From an uncultured Candidatus Saccharibacteria bacterium (GTDB lineage: Bacteria > Patescibacteriota > Minisyncoccia > Phycocordibacterales > CAZPGN01): a stretch of 64,000 nt of DNA. Positions 39,726-50,468 of the stretch are shown here, in pieces; positions within the stretch are counted from its first letter, which is position 1; each line of letters begins with the position of its first letter. The DNA lies in the NCBI GenBank assembly GCA_964586635.1, contig CAZPGN010000003.1:8945-72944 (forward strand), in the 5' to 3' direction. Below the pieces are notes generated by a model. The model did no database searches, was not told the DNA's origin, and was given only the letters and a program-made list of their open reading frames with translations. A program made the translations under genes and the position numbers.

Positions 39726-40337
39726 TCATTTCTTTCTGGCAACAACGTGGAAGCTGTAATACTCATCATGCTCTTTTCTGCCGTCGATGCTCTCGGCGCC
39801 GCATTTTTTGAGAAATTCGCTCACTACATCAAATGATGGAGACCATTTATGCTGGCGGCCATAAACTTCATTAGGACGCCACATGACCATGTCTCGATGC
39901 GGTAGATATAGGAAGAGCGCTCCACCCGTTTTTAGCTTTCTCATCCAAAGCCGCAGAGCTTCCTGCCAATGGTCAAGATGCTCCAAACAGTGTGAGCTGA
40001 ATACGTAATCAAGCGAACCGTCGGCAAAACGGTCAAGACAATACGCATTCTCGTTCGAAGCGTTCTCTATTGGCACGGCGCCTGGCAGTGGCCAGGCTCC
40101 TGCGCCGATATCGAGGCCATCTCCTGTGCAGTATTTTGCGGCAAGCGGATACACATATGTCATCGCTTTTTTGTGGAATAGATGTTCGGGATAGAGCTCC
40201 CCCTTGTATTGCCGAAACCATTCTCCGCCTAGATTCACCCATCGAACTAGCATGCGCTCGCGGACTGCATCAAACACGCGACGGAAGGATTGTCTCGGTT
40301 CAACAAGGATTCTTCGTATTTTTATTAAGTATTTCAT
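39726..40337 (-). CDS. Class I SAM-dependent methyltransferase
   Basis: GLDIGAG, DYVFSSHCLEHL, LKTGG.LFLYLP. Confidence 0.82.
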   Translation of the reverse strand: MKYLIKIRRILVEPRQSFRRVFDAVRERMLVRWVNLGGEWFRQYKGELYPEHLFHKKAMTYVYPLAAKYCTGDGLDIGAGAWPLPGAVPIENASNENAYCLDRFADGSLDYVFSSHCLEHLDHWQEALRLWMRKLKTGGALFLYLPHRDMVMWRPNEVYGRQHKWSPSFDVVSEFLKKCGAESIDGRKEHDEYYSFHVVARKK

Positions 40338-41485
40338 ATGAGGCATCTTTCCCGTTTCTCGATTTCTGATACGGCGTAGAGCACCATCGGGACCGTAATG
40401 CGCGAAAGCGACATCGCATGGTCTTCTGGACTTCCACGATCCTTAAAAACAAAACTTGATGGATAAAAAGGCGCAGGCGGCGTTACGCAGGCGCTACGCG
40501 CATCATGCGGCGGCTGTTCCCATGGATCTACAGGACCCGTAATGTCAATAAGCGGTGTTCCAACCGCATGGGCGATATAAATAGGACCCGTATCGACCGC
40601 AATGTATACATTGAGCGATTCAATGAGCACGCCCAAATACTCAAGCGGCCATCCGACCGCCTCGATGTTTCGGGGAGTGCCCGACGCCGCCTGCGCCGCT
40701 TTAGTAATTCTTTCTCTGTCTGCCGCAGTCCCAATCCACACTATCCGAACGGCCTCATTTTTGAGAAGAGCTCGCGCCAATTCGATGAACCTGTTGTCGC
40801 CCCACTCCTTTATCTTATTACCCGCTGTGAGACTTATACCGACCAATCTGTCTCCGTTCGCAACCCCATTGTCGCGCATAAATTGAGATACGCGCGCGCG
40901 CTGGTCGGCTGTTATACCGACGACTTCACGCAAAGAGGCATCCGCAATGCCAAGCGAAGATAGCATTGACAGATAGTGTCTTGGCGCCGACCGATGGTCG
41001 CGATATAGACAACATTCGGTATTCACCATATCGGTGAGCGCTTCCGCAAGCGGTCGTCCCTCTCGCACCAACTTCACTCGGTGCGGTATTTTCCCTGACG
41101 CCATTAGGAACGTAGAAAGCCATGTGCCGGAGAAGCTGAACGCGTGCGTAAATCTTTCACTCGCGATCTCTCTGATGACATCGCGAATGCCGCGCGCGCT
41201 GAACACAATGAGCTTATTTATGTCTGGATTATACTCGAGAACTCCACGCACTTTCGTCGTTGTTAATACGGCGATATACGCGGATGGGTAGCGTTGTCTA
41301 ACCGCGTGAATAGCCGGCGTCGAACAGACAATGTCGCCGATGCGAGTTAACTGCGGAATAAAGAGGACTCGGGGATTGTTGCGGCGCATAGCCGTGCGTC
41401 GTCTTCTCGCAGAATACAGCCACCAGGGAAGCCGCGGCAGCGAATATGCAAGAAATGAAAAGACTTGACTGCTGTATGGAAACAT
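40334..41485 (-). CDS. Glycosyltransferase family 9 (heptosyltransferase-like)
   Basis: RIGDIVCSTP, KEW, DTGP..IAHAVGTP....GP. Confidence 0.85.
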   Translation of the reverse strand: MFPYSSQVFSFLAYSLPRLPWWLYSARRRRTAMRRNNPRVLFIPQLTRIGDIVCSTPAIHAVRQRYPSAYIAVLTTTKVRGVLEYNPDINKLIVFSARGIRDVIREIASERFTHAFSFSGTWLSTFLMASGKIPHRVKLVREGRPLAEALTDMVNTECCLYRDHRSAPRHYLSMLSSLGIADASLREVVGITADQRARVSQFMRDNGVANGDRLVGISLTAGNKIKEWGDNRFIELARALLKNEAVRIVWIGTAADRERITKAAQAASGTPRNIEAVGWPLEYLGVLIESLNVYIAVDTGPIYIAHAVGTPLIDITGPVDPWEQPPHDARSACVTPPAPFYPSSFVFKDRGSPEDHAMSLSRITVPMVLYAVSEIEKRERCLI

Positions 41486-41487
41486 AA

Positions 41488-42588
41488 TTATTCGGCGACC
41501 ACCGACCTGAGGATATGGTCCACGGCTTCGGCAGTCTTTCTCCAGCTGAACTCTTTCGCGCGCCGCGTTCCACGGCGCACAAGCTCCGTGCGCGCGGGAC
41601 CTTCCAGGGCGACTTTCTGCAGGGCGTTCGCAATTGCCCTAGGATCGAACGGGTCGACAGTTAGCGCCGCATCTCCCGCAATTTCGACAAGCGATGACCG
41701 GTCTGAAGTGACCACCGGTGTCCCGCATGCGAATGCTTCGAGGACAGGAAAACCGAAACCCTCAAGGAGACTTGGAAACGAAAGCGCTCCGGCTCGACTG
41801 TATGCCTCGCCGAGTTTATCGTCGGATATGTGGTCAAGCCATATCACGCGTCCTTCAAGTCCAGGCTCTTGCGCAAGAGCCTCGGCGCGTTTGGCATATT
41901 CGCCTGTTCGTCTACCCACAACGACTAGTTTATGGTTCGCGAACTTCGGCAGTTCTGAAAGAATGCGGAATGCGCGGAGCGTATTCATAAGGTTTTTGCG
42001 CTCCTTGATAACTCCGACTGACAGAATATAGTGTTGCGGCAGGTCCAGCAAATTCGCTCGCCCTTCCGAACCACCGCATAAATTTTTGAACCCTGGATAT
42101 ACAACATGCAGTTTTCTTTCCTCGACTGCCCCATAACGGAGAACTTCGCGAGCGCTTTCCCGAGATATAGCGATTATCGCATCAGCGCGAGAAAGCCCCC
42201 GACGGTGGCGTTCCATCAGAAACCGCGAGCGCATTCTCCCGAAAATCCCTCGCGCGGGAAAATGAATATAGGCAAAATCAAGCGCAAGCACCACTGAATG
42301 AGCAGGCCGCCACGATAGTGGAAGAACTGGCGTGTTGAAGAGGTACACATCCGACTTCTCACTGCATCGGAGTCCCCGCTCAAGCCACAACATCCCGCCC
42401 CCTAACACCTCAATGCGCCAGCGGTTGCCATGAAATCGTGGCCGCTCAATCGGCTCGTCTTTAAGATAAATTATGTACTCGTTCTCATTGTCCAGCCTCG
42501 TCAGTGCATCGGCAAGATCTACTATAATCCGCGCAAGGCCAGCCGGAGCCGACTCGCCGTATGGATGCAAAACGATGCCGATGCGCAT
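41488..42588 (-). CDS. Glycosyltransferase family 4 (mannosyltransferase-like)
   Basis: ERKNL, FPSLLEGFGFPVLEAFACGTPV, FSW..TA. Confidence 0.88.
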   Translation of the reverse strand: MRIGIVLHPYGESAPAGLARIIVDLADALTRLDNENEYIIYLKDEPIERPRFHGNRWRIEVLGGGMLWLERGLRCSEKSDVYLFNTPVLPLSWRPAHSVVLALDFAYIHFPARGIFGRMRSRFLMERHRRGLSRADAIIAISRESAREVLRYGAVEERKLHVVYPGFKNLCGGSEGRANLLDLPQHYILSVGVIKERKNLMNTLRAFRILSELPKFANHKLVVVGRRTGEYAKRAEALAQEPGLEGRVIWLDHISDDKLGEAYSRAGALSFPSLLEGFGFPVLEAFACGTPVVTSDRSSLVEIAGDAALTVDPFDPRAIANALQKVALEGPARTELVRRGTRRAKEFSWRKTAEAVDHILRSVVAE

Positions 42589-42593
42589 GTGTG

Positions 42594-43196
42594 TTATTTT
42601 ATCGCTTCAAGCTCCCACGAAAGACATCGAACGGGATACAATAGCGAGAAATACTGGTCATAGAAATTCGGGAAACGATGAATTAGCGCTTTCGCCGCTC
42701 GCCGAATCGGATTGCTTGTACGAGATGGCCAACCATACCAAAAACCGCTCTTTTTAAACGAATACGGCACATACTGATATTCCGACAGATGTGTGCCGTC
42801 CAAAAAATACTCGAACGAACCGGAGGTAAAATAGTGTCGGTGAGTCGGATCAGTATGCGCATCGGTGCTTCTGAAGTATGGAACTTGAATGACCAACCTA
42901 CCGCCTGGCACAAGAACGCGATGGGCTTCCCCGAGAACGGCAAGCACATTATCCGAGTGTTCAAGAACATGATTCATGAGCACAACATCGAAAGCATTGT
43001 CTGCAAAAGGCCACGGCGCAATATTCATGTCGTGCACGACATCGGCATGTGAACCTCGAACAATATCCATACCTATTGAACCAGGGAGTTTCCTACTGCC
43101 GCAACCAACATCGAGCGCAGAAGGGTTGCCCGTCAGGGGGTTTTTAGTAAACCCGCCGCAGGTATAAATATCGAGCGTAAATAGTCGTTGATTCAT
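42594..43196 (-). CDS. Methyltransferase type 11
   Basis: LDVGCG, PWPF.DN.FD, HVLEH, DPTH. Confidence 0.85.
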   Translation of the reverse strand: MNQRLFTLDIYTCGGFTKNPLTGNPSALDVGCGSRKLPGSIGMDIVRGSHADVVHDMNIAPWPFADNAFDVVLMNHVLEHSDNVLAVLGEAHRVLVPGGRLVIQVPYFRSTDAHTDPTHRHYFTSGSFEYFLDGTHLSEYQYVPYSFKKSGFWYGWPSRTSNPIRRAAKALIHRFPNFYDQYFSLLYPVRCLSWELEAIK

Positions 43197-44350
43197 TGTC
43201 GTATCATAACCCCACGCGACTCGATGAACGCGAGAATTCCCGCGGCGCGATTGCGCCAGGTATGGCGCAACCCGAGCTGAAGCGCGCGAGACATCCTCTC
43301 TTTTTGGGCCGACTCGCCGTCGAACATGGCTTCTTTCAAGGCCCGCACAAGGTCGTTCGGATTGTCGGGCTCATAATAGTACACTTCGCTGGTACTTACC
43401 AATTCTGCAATTGCGGGCGTCTCGCTCGCCACGATCGGACGATGCGAGACGAGATACTCAAAAAGCTTCATGGGAGAAGTTTGACGAAACGAGTAATCAT
43501 TAGCCGCAGTGCCAAGAAGAAGCAAAACATCTGCCGCGCCAAGCCACTCTACGATTTCCCTATAGGGCCGCTCGCCCGCACAAACAAGATTTTCGGGGAC
43601 ATCGCTTATTCCGGTAATACGGCGAAACTCTGCAATATCGCCACCAACAGCATACACTATCGTTTCTCGCCCTAATTGGCGAGCCGCCTCTGCCAATATA
43701 TCCAAGCCCTTCCATGCGTAGAATTTCCCGACATACACAACGACATGCGCGTTCGGAGAAATGGACAAGTTGCGGCGTGCAACGGGCCTCGACGACACCG
43801 CTCCAAGCGCATCGGTGTCGATGCCATTGGGACGCGCAATTATCTTCGATTCCTCGATCCGAAATGAATCCAAAAATCGCTTACGAATGTATTCATTGAT
43901 GACAATAATCCCGCGGGCGCGGTGCACAAAAAATCGTGTTAAAGTACGTGGTTTTTTTATGCCATGGCTCTCGAAAAAGTAAGGCACTCCAGAGAGAGAA
44001 AGCGGCAAAAATGAAAATTGATCCATGTCGATGGTGTACGCGAACGATCTCTCGCGAAGAATTCGCTTCCACAGAAGAAAGATGAGCGCCGATAATGCGA
44101 ACGAAACGGAAGCGATCCGGTACCCCATCTTTCCGTTATGGTACAAGTCGATAACCGGCAGGCGCCGTACCGAAACAGTTGGACGAAGACCATAAAACTC
44201 TTTCAGGGAGTCGGCGCTTCCGGCGCGCTGTGGCGTAACGAGCGTGAGGTCGATACCTGCCTCAACGAAGGCTTCGCACATTTTGGCTATTTGTATGCCG
44301 TGCGCGCGCTCGCTCGGCATCCTGGCATTTGCGATATAATACATTTTCAT
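43193..44350 (-). CDS. Glycosyltransferase family 4
   Basis: NARMPSERAHGIQI.KMCEA, WKG, TSPMKLFEY, TW..RA. Confidence 0.87.
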   Translation of the reverse strand: MKMYYIANARMPSERAHGIQIAKMCEAFVEAGIDLTLVTPQRAGSADSLKEFYGLRPTVSVRRLPVIDLYHNGKMGYRIASVSFALSALIFLLWKRILRERSFAYTIDMDQFSFLPLSLSGVPYFFESHGIKKPRTLTRFFVHRARGIIVINEYIRKRFLDSFRIEESKIIARPNGIDTDALGAVSSRPVARRNLSISPNAHVVVYVGKFYAWKGLDILAEAARQLGRETIVYAVGGDIAEFRRITGISDVPENLVCAGERPYREIVEWLGAADVLLLLGTAANDYSFRQTSPMKLFEYLVSHRPIVASETPAIAELVSTSEVYYYEPDNPNDLVRALKEAMFDGESAQKERMSRALQLGLRHTWRNRAAGILAFIESRGVMIRQ

Positions 44351-44359
44351 ACTCCAGAA

Positions 44360-45433
44360 TCATTCACCTCGCATCACTCCAAGAAATCGCCGCAGGACTT
44401 CTTCCTTGTTATAGCGAACAATGTGACGAAGCCCCTCTGCTCTTAATTTTTTTGCGAACGAACGATCGGTGAGTATTCTTACGCAGGCTTCGGCGAACGC
44501 CGCAGTATCTTCGCTTTTGACAAGACAGTCTTTTGCCGCAACGGGGATGATGTCTCGAACACCGCCTAAATCTGTAGCGACGAATGGCACACCCGCCGCC
44601 ATTGATTCAAGCAATACATGCGAAAAGCCTTCCTCCCGGGAGGGCATGATAAAAAGAGACGCCTCTCTAAATAATTGCGGTATCCTGTATTGCGGTACTG
44701 CTCCATGCAGTGTGACGCGATCGGAAATACCTCCCCGCTCAAGTTCGCGACGCAGCGACTCTTCAAGCGGGCCAGATCCGGCAACATGGAAAGATAGTGT
44801 GCTGTTTGACGGCAACTGTCTAATGATACGGAGCGCGATATCTGGAATGAGGTCAGCGCCTTTTCTTGCTGAAAGATGGTGCACGAAAAGCACTTTCTGC
44901 GACTCTCTGCGAGTATTCGCGTCAATACGAAACCGCTCGGCATCGATCCAGTTCGGAATAATACGGATCTTTCCCGGCGAAATGCCGAAGTGACGGGAAT
45001 ATAATGAAGCCATCGTTTCTGTGCCTGTCACCAGATAGTGCGTGGCGAATAGAACTACGCGAAGTCCAAATTGATTCCCAAAAAGCCACGGCATGCCGCA
45101 ATTCCAGTAATAGGATACGCCTTTGCATATGCGGGCAACGATCCCGCTTGCCAACCCGCCGCTATATGAATAGTGCGTATAGAAAACTCGATATCCCGCG
45201 GTGCATGCGCGAAAAAGAACGGCAAGCATGCGCAGGAATCGGAACGGCAACAATCCTCCGCCTAATGCAACAACAACCGTACAGTTCGGGAACGCGTCCT
45301 TTGGCACACCGCCCTTTTCAACGACAAGATACACATCGGCCGCACGCGAGAGTGTGCGCACAAATTCGTACAAATGAAAAAAGTGCGTATCGGTGTCGGC
45401 GCGATACTCCGGGAGGACATAACAGAGCTTCAT
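44360..45433 (-). CDS. Glycosyltransferase family 4
   Basis: IIPNW, RKG, PSREEGFSHVLLESMAAGVP. Confidence 0.87.
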   Translation of the reverse strand: MKLCYVLPEYRADTDTHFFHLYEFVRTLSRAADVYLVVEKGGVPKDAFPNCTVVVALGGGLLPFRFLRMLAVLFRACTAGYRVFYTHYSYSGGLASGIVARICKGVSYYWNCGMPWLFGNQFGLRVVLFATHYLVTGTETMASLYSRHFGISPGKIRIIPNWIDAERFRIDANTRRESQKVLFVHHLSARKGADLIPDIALRIIRQLPSNSTLSFHVAGSGPLEESLRRELERGGISDRVTLHGAVPQYRIPQLFREASLFIMPSREEGFSHVLLESMAAGVPFVATDLGGVRDIIPVAAKDCLVKSEDTAAFAEACVRILTDRSFAKKLRAEGLRHIVRYNKEEVLRRFLGVMRGE

Positions 45434-45623
45434 CTTACTGCTTGACATATAGCAATCGGCAACTGTTTATCGCCTCCCCGCCTTCGAATCGCTTGCACTT
45501 CTCTAATTCCGCAACCAGCCGTGTCTTTTTTAAGGTGACCGGCACAACCTTCTCTCGTATTTGTAACGCACGCGAAAGCATATCAGGTGACATATTAATA
45601 TTTGACGATAAACTTTTTGAGAT

Positions 45624-46712
45624 TTATGCGCCTCGGCATGTGCGCCAATGTTCAGTAATTCGGCGTTCATAGTCGACCGATGAAAGAGCCTCTCTGACTA
45701 CTGGCTTTTCCGGATTCTCGAGAAATTTTGTGAGACATAGAACTGCGCCAGTAAGGTCATCTTGCGGATACACGCAGACGCCGGCACCAAAAAGCGATGT
45801 TCCAACACAACCGACATCGGTGGTCGCGATCGCAAGACCAGCACGCGCCGCATCAATGAGCGACATTCCGTACCCTTCGTATCGCGAGGATGAGAAATAT
45901 GTATTTGAAAGCGCGTAATAAGGTTGAAGGTTTTGCTCCCAGCCGACGAATTCGACAGCATTATCGATGCCAAGCTTCACTGCTTCGCGCCGCAAGACAT
46001 CTTTACAGATACCATCGCCGACAATGCAATAACCAACTCGAGGATACTTTGCGTGGAAAACCGCAAATGCGCGAAGCGCAAACAATAAATTCTTCTCTGG
46101 AGCCAGTCGAGAAACCGTAAGCACGACATGCTCGAATCTTGCAAGTATGGTTTTTACGCGCTGAATCTCTTCTCTTTCTGGGGCGGCGCCACGAGGAGAT
46201 GCGATTGGCAACACGGCTATGCGCCGAGCCGGCACATTGAGCTCCCGAACAATCGAATCCCTAATGCGCGGAGAAACTACTCGTATGCATTCTGCTTTGT
46301 TAAGCGCACGCCTCGCCAGCCAGACACGCGCCCGGTTTTTTAAAGATTCGCTCCTAAAGTAGGGGCTGAACAAATCTGTATGTACCTGCAGTTCAAGCGC
46401 CGCACCGAAATATTTTGAGAGGCGCGCGGCAGAAATTCCCGTCTCAAACGGATCCTGCGAAGTCACTATGTCCGGCCTCGGTAGGCCCCTGCCAATGCGA
46501 TATGCATCGCGCGCGCGCAAGAGACTATTCCACGATGCCGTCTTATATGCAGATACTTTATCCGAAATTACAACTCTCTCTCCCGCGCCTCCGACTGAAA
46601 GCACCACAATGTCGAGGCGGTCGACTAAGGCTCCGTATGCTTTCATACGGAGGAATGCCGCGCTTCCACGCTCGCATATTCTTTGATCGGAGCTCAACAT
46701 GAGGACATTCAT
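45624..46712 (-). CDS. Glycosyltransferase family 4
   Basis: QDPFETG, QVHTD, SRL..EKN, YEGYGMSLIDA. Confidence 0.85.
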   Translation of the reverse strand: MNVLMLSSDQRICERGSAAFLRMKAYGALVDRLDIVVLSVGGAGERVVISDKVSAYKTASWNSLLRARDAYRIGRGLPRPDIVTSQDPFETGISAARLSKYFGAALELQVHTDLFSPYFRSESLKNRARVWLARRALNKAECIRVVSPRIRDSIVRELNVPARRIAVLPIASPRGAAPEREEIQRVKTILARFEHVVLTVSRLAPEKNLLFALRAFAVFHAKYPRVGYCIVGDGICKDVLRREAVKLGIDNAVEFVGWEQNLQPYYALSNTYFSSSRYEGYGMSLIDAARAGLAIATTDVGCVGTSLFGAGVCVYPQDDLTGAVLCLTKFLENPEKPVVREALSSVDYERRITEHWRTCRGA

Positions 46713-47827
46713 AAGCCATGTGCTTCTCTGATGACCCGCAGATTCTCGCTTATTACGCCATCCCATGTCAATATCGCGGCGGCAGGAGGAAGACGGGATG
46801 GTTTTTTCCCGAGAGAGAGAAGCAGGGCGCGCGCCATATCTGACACCGAGAGTGGGTCAAAGAGTTCTGCATCTCCAGCCTGGAGCGGCAGTCCATTCTC
46901 TCGACTCACAGCAATTGAGGTTCCGACCGAGAGGCACTCCATTATGTAATTTGGGTGGAACTCGGTAATTGCGGGTGCGACGCAGACACGCGCCTTTTTC
47001 ATGAACAGCAGTAGCTTCTCTTGCGGCAGAGGCCTCACGATCCGAACTGCTCCCGACAGGCCCGATAACCGCACGGTCTCGCTTAACCGCTTCAAGAAAG
47101 GACCCTCTCCGATAAGCAATAGAATCGTTGCGGTATCGTGACGGTGCACTTCGCGGAAAGCCGCAATGAGTCGTTCGAGATTTTTATACCCAACAAATCT
47201 GCTAGCATAGAGGATTATCTTTTTCGCGGGGCGTCTTACGCCGGAAGTGCCGCTACGATGAGATATATCCGGCATCGGATTGTGTATTATCGTTATACGA
47301 CTTGACGGTATCCCATAATATTGCAGGTATATGGAGCGAAGCATTGGAGCAACAACTATGATCTTCCTAGCCCTCCGCAAAACGAATGCACTTATACGAT
47401 AGGTAAGCGAACGACGAAAGAGACCATCCGCATAATACCTGGAGAGAGGAATATCGGCGGCGCGATTTTCTGCAAAACGCTCCCATGCAACATCACCGCC
47501 AATACGAACAATGAGCGGAACATGAAGAATCCTACTCGCAAGGAGAGCAGGCAACCCAGAGCCGAGGGCGTCAAGCGCATAGATGACCGACGCGCCGCGC
47601 GCGATCACGAGGAGACGAAAAAAGTATGCAATGTGGCGGATCCCGTATGGCATCCGCATTGATATGAAATAGACAACCTCGTCCTTTTTCCCTTCCCGCC
47701 CTCTACCATATGACAAAACGCGAGTTTGAATGCCGCGCTCCGAAAAACCCTCCGCATATTTCTTCGCGTGGGTCGCTTGTCCACCCACAGAAGGTGGATA
47801 TATTGAAGTGGCGATAACTATGTTCAT
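46709..47827 (-). CDS. Glycosyltransferase family 4
   Basis: IYPPSVGG.AT, GGD.AWE, RF..YKN, E..PN.IME. Confidence 0.82.
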   Translation of the reverse strand: MNIVIATSIYPPSVGGQATHAKKYAEGFSERGIQTRVLSYGRGREGKKDEVVYFISMRMPYGIRHIAYFFRLLVIARGASVIYALDALGSGLPALLASRILHVPLIVRIGGDVAWERFAENRAADIPLSRYYADGLFRRSLTYRISAFVLRRARKIIVVAPMLRSIYLQYYGIPSSRITIIHNPMPDISHRSGTSGVRRPAKKIILYASRFVGYKNLERLIAAFREVHRHDTATILLLIGEGPFLKRLSETVRLSGLSGAVRIVRPLPQEKLLLFMKKARVCVAPAITEFHPNYIMECLSVGTSIAVSRENGLPLQAGDAELFDPLSVSDMARALLLSLGKKPSRLPPAAAILTWDGVISENLRVIREAHGL

Positions 47828-49302
47828 TGACCCGGAATCAGCGCGCGCAAAAAGCTTCCAATGCGGCCTATGATACCAATAATGCCCGAGTCCCGCTTTG
47901 GGATAACTGTCCGCGAGGGAGTTTTGGTTACCGCTCCCAGTTCGGGAGCGTCTCGTTTCAGAACGGCTTCCTCGACGGCCGCAGTCGACACCGCCACGGG
48001 ACGAACATCCGTTAGAGGAACAGTGCTCGTTCGAGAATCTAGGTTCCCTGCTCCCAGTCGAGTAACATGTTCGGACAGTTGTAGGATAAGCGCATGCGCC
48101 GTTTGAAGGTCGGCATACGCTTCTCGAATCTCTGCGCTATCTCTATCCTCGCTTGTTGGTTCGGCGACAGAAACATTCGAGGAGCCTTTGCGATATATGT
48201 CTGCGCGAACACCATCGGGACGAGAAAGCAATATCTCTGAATCCTCCTCAAAGTGAAGCCCATGAACACGCCACGGCAATATTATGCGCATCCCCGCGCT
48301 AATTATCGTGTCTCTCGGAAACTGAAATCGTGTGCCGCCGACAGTGATCGCCCAATCGGCTAGATTTTGTTCGTACGGTCCAGTATTATGAAGTTCTAAG
48401 GAGCGATCCGCCATTCCATTGCTGGCGATAGCAATGGTTATTGCGGGCGCGAAAACAGTTACGGTATTGCGCGCAACTGAAATATCCTCCCCGCGCTCGG
48501 CATTTATTACAACATTGTATGTTCCGGGATATGCGTAGGCGTGATCTGTCTCTCTCCCGCGAGCGAATGACCCGTCGCCGAATGACCAAAAATACTCAAA
48601 GCGCTCACTCGCTCCAATTCCACGCGCCGCGAAACGCACATGCTCTCCAACGCTTGCAATTCGGTTTCTTCCCGCACTGATGGCAAAATCTTCTTTCGGT
48701 CGCACCGCAACCACATTGGCTGGCGACGAATGCGCCGATACGGCGACGACAGCAGAAGGTCCCCCCGTATTGCTTACCTCTTCAGTGGATGAGGGCGGCG
48801 AAGAAAGCGCGTTCATCGCGCGCGGCGTTCCAGACGCGGTTATCCATGCGCTGGCGCTTTTCTGCATCGTATCTTTAGTCGTATTGTCTCCTGCCGGCCA
48901 ACCATCGACCAGGAAAGATACTCTCTCTACTTCTGCGCCTCCAGAATCTTTGAGCACTATATCTTCACCGCCGTTATCAAGCGCGCCCGCGTACACTTGG
49001 TCTGCGACAATCTGCGGCAGTGTCCCGTCATCAGTTCGCTCTAGCAGAAAATAACCATTCCCGGCGATAGTCCCCGCGAGCTCGACACGCCTCGGATTCG
49101 CGGTCTCAATGTCCCACGAAAGCGTCCAACCCGCGAGGCTTACTGCGCTCGCTGAATCATTGCGAAGCTCTATCCATTCATCAGAGGCAGAAACAGCCGT
49201 GCCCATCCATGCGATCTCGTTCACGAATACATTTGCGCTCACAGCTCGAGGAACCGTGAGCAATGACAGCACAATAAGAAATGCCAGTGCCATACGATTC
49301 AT
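47824..49302 (-). CDS. Secreted lamin-tail-domain plus PKD-domain surface protein
   Basis: Signal peptide; VNEIAWMGT..SASDEWIELRN, YFLLERTDD, L.N.GE; WSFGDG...H.Y.YPGTYNV. Confidence 0.82.
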   Translation of the reverse strand: MNRMALAFLIVLSLLTVPRAVSANVFVNEIAWMGTAVSASDEWIELRNDSASAVSLAGWTLSWDIETANPRRVELAGTIAGNGYFLLERTDDGTLPQIVADQVYAGALDNGGEDIVLKDSGGAEVERVSFLVDGWPAGDNTTKDTMQKSASAWITASGTPRAMNALSSPPSSTEEVSNTGGPSAVVAVSAHSSPANVVAVRPKEDFAISAGRNRIASVGEHVRFAARGIGASERFEYFWSFGDGSFARGRETDHAYAYPGTYNVVINAERGEDISVARNTVTVFAPAITIAIASNGMADRSLELHNTGPYEQNLADWAITVGGTRFQFPRDTIISAGMRIILPWRVHGLHFEEDSEILLSRPDGVRADIYRKGSSNVSVAEPTSEDRDSAEIREAYADLQTAHALILQLSEHVTRLGAGNLDSRTSTVPLTDVRPVAVSTAAVEEAVLKRDAPELGAVTKTPSRTVIPKRDSGIIGIIGRIGSFLRALIPGQ

Positions 49303-50468
49303 GCCCACAGTGTATGAAAAACTTTCCGCATTTCCTCCGCGATTCCGTTCCAGTCATATAGGAGGGCTGTTTTGTCGCCGCCCTCTGCGAGACGCTCCGC
49401 GAGACCTGAATTATTGAGAATGTTCTTTACTTTCTCGGCGAGACCATGAGGGTCATCAACGTCAACCGCGAGCGCGTTTTCCCCATCACGCAAAAAGTCG
49501 CGAATTCCTCCAACGGTCGTTGCGATAACCGGAATCCCTGCGGCCATCGCTTCAATGAACACATTGCCCATACCTTCAGTGCGCGATGGTCGCACGAAAA
49601 TATCTGCTATCGACAGATAGGACGGAAGTTTTGAATGTGGAATATCACCGAGGAAAAGCACGCGCGCCGATACTCCAAGCTCCGCCGCGAGAGCTATAAG
49701 ATAGGGTTGCAGAGGTCCCGTGCCAATCACAAGCAGCTTAACATTCTCGGGCAGTTCGAGGAGCGAACGGATAATCGTATCTACTGCGTTTTTGTGGACT
49801 AAACGCGATACCGTCACAAGAAGTGACTGGCCGCCGTTATCCGTAAATCGCTCTCGGAGTGATTGTACAAGCGCAGGGTCCCCCTTCCCGTGAAAACGCC
49901 CATAATCAACCCCGTTCGGAATGACAAGTACAGGATTGACTGCTCCCATACTGCGCGCGAAATCCGCGAGAAACTCGGAGATCGCTGTGATAATATCCGC
50001 GCGTAAGAAAATCTCACGAAACCATTTCGATACAAATCGTGTTTTTCTCAAAATATACTCGAGTGGGTCCCCCTCTTGTAGAGTTAACACAAACGGGGCA
50101 TCGGGATAGCGTTTCTTAAAAAAGAGCGCGGCGAACCCTGCGCGATTTGCCATAATCGACCAAACGAGAGAAAACGGCTTCGCGCGATGTAATCGGCGCG
50201 CATACCGTGCGGCGATAAAAGGAAATAGAGTTTTATGTAGCTTGAACGCTCTTGGAATTCTTTTCCCGACGCGATGAATCCGCACATTGCCAATGTCTTC
50301 GATACGAGGCGAGTTGGGGTCAAGCGCGAGCGTAACGACATCGAAGGAAAGGCCTTGCATGCGAGCGGTTATCTCGCGCACAGCGATCTCTGCTCCACCG
50401 ATATGTGGCAGATATGCGAGAGAGAATACGAGAACACGCCTTTGTTTAGTTTCCTCCGGGTCTGCCAT
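49299..50468 (-). CDS. Glycosyltransferase family 4
   Basis: FSLAYLP.IGGAE.A, LTLQEGD, SRLV.KN, RPSRTEGMGNVFIEAMAAG. Confidence 0.88.
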   Translation of the reverse strand: MADPEETKQRRVLVFSLAYLPHIGGAEIAVREITARMQGLSFDVVTLALDPNSPRIEDIGNVRIHRVGKRIPRAFKLHKTLFPFIAARYARRLHRAKPFSLVWSIMANRAGFAALFFKKRYPDAPFVLTLQEGDPLEYILRKTRFVSKWFREIFLRADIITAISEFLADFARSMGAVNPVLVIPNGVDYGRFHGKGDPALVQSLRERFTDNGGQSLLVTVSRLVHKNAVDTIIRSLLELPENVKLLVIGTGPLQPYLIALAAELGVSARVLFLGDIPHSKLPSYLSIADIFVRPSRTEGMGNVFIEAMAAGIPVIATTVGGIRDFLRDGENALAVDVDDPHGLAEKVKNILNNSGLAERLAEGGDKTALLYDWNGIAEEMRKVFHTLWA

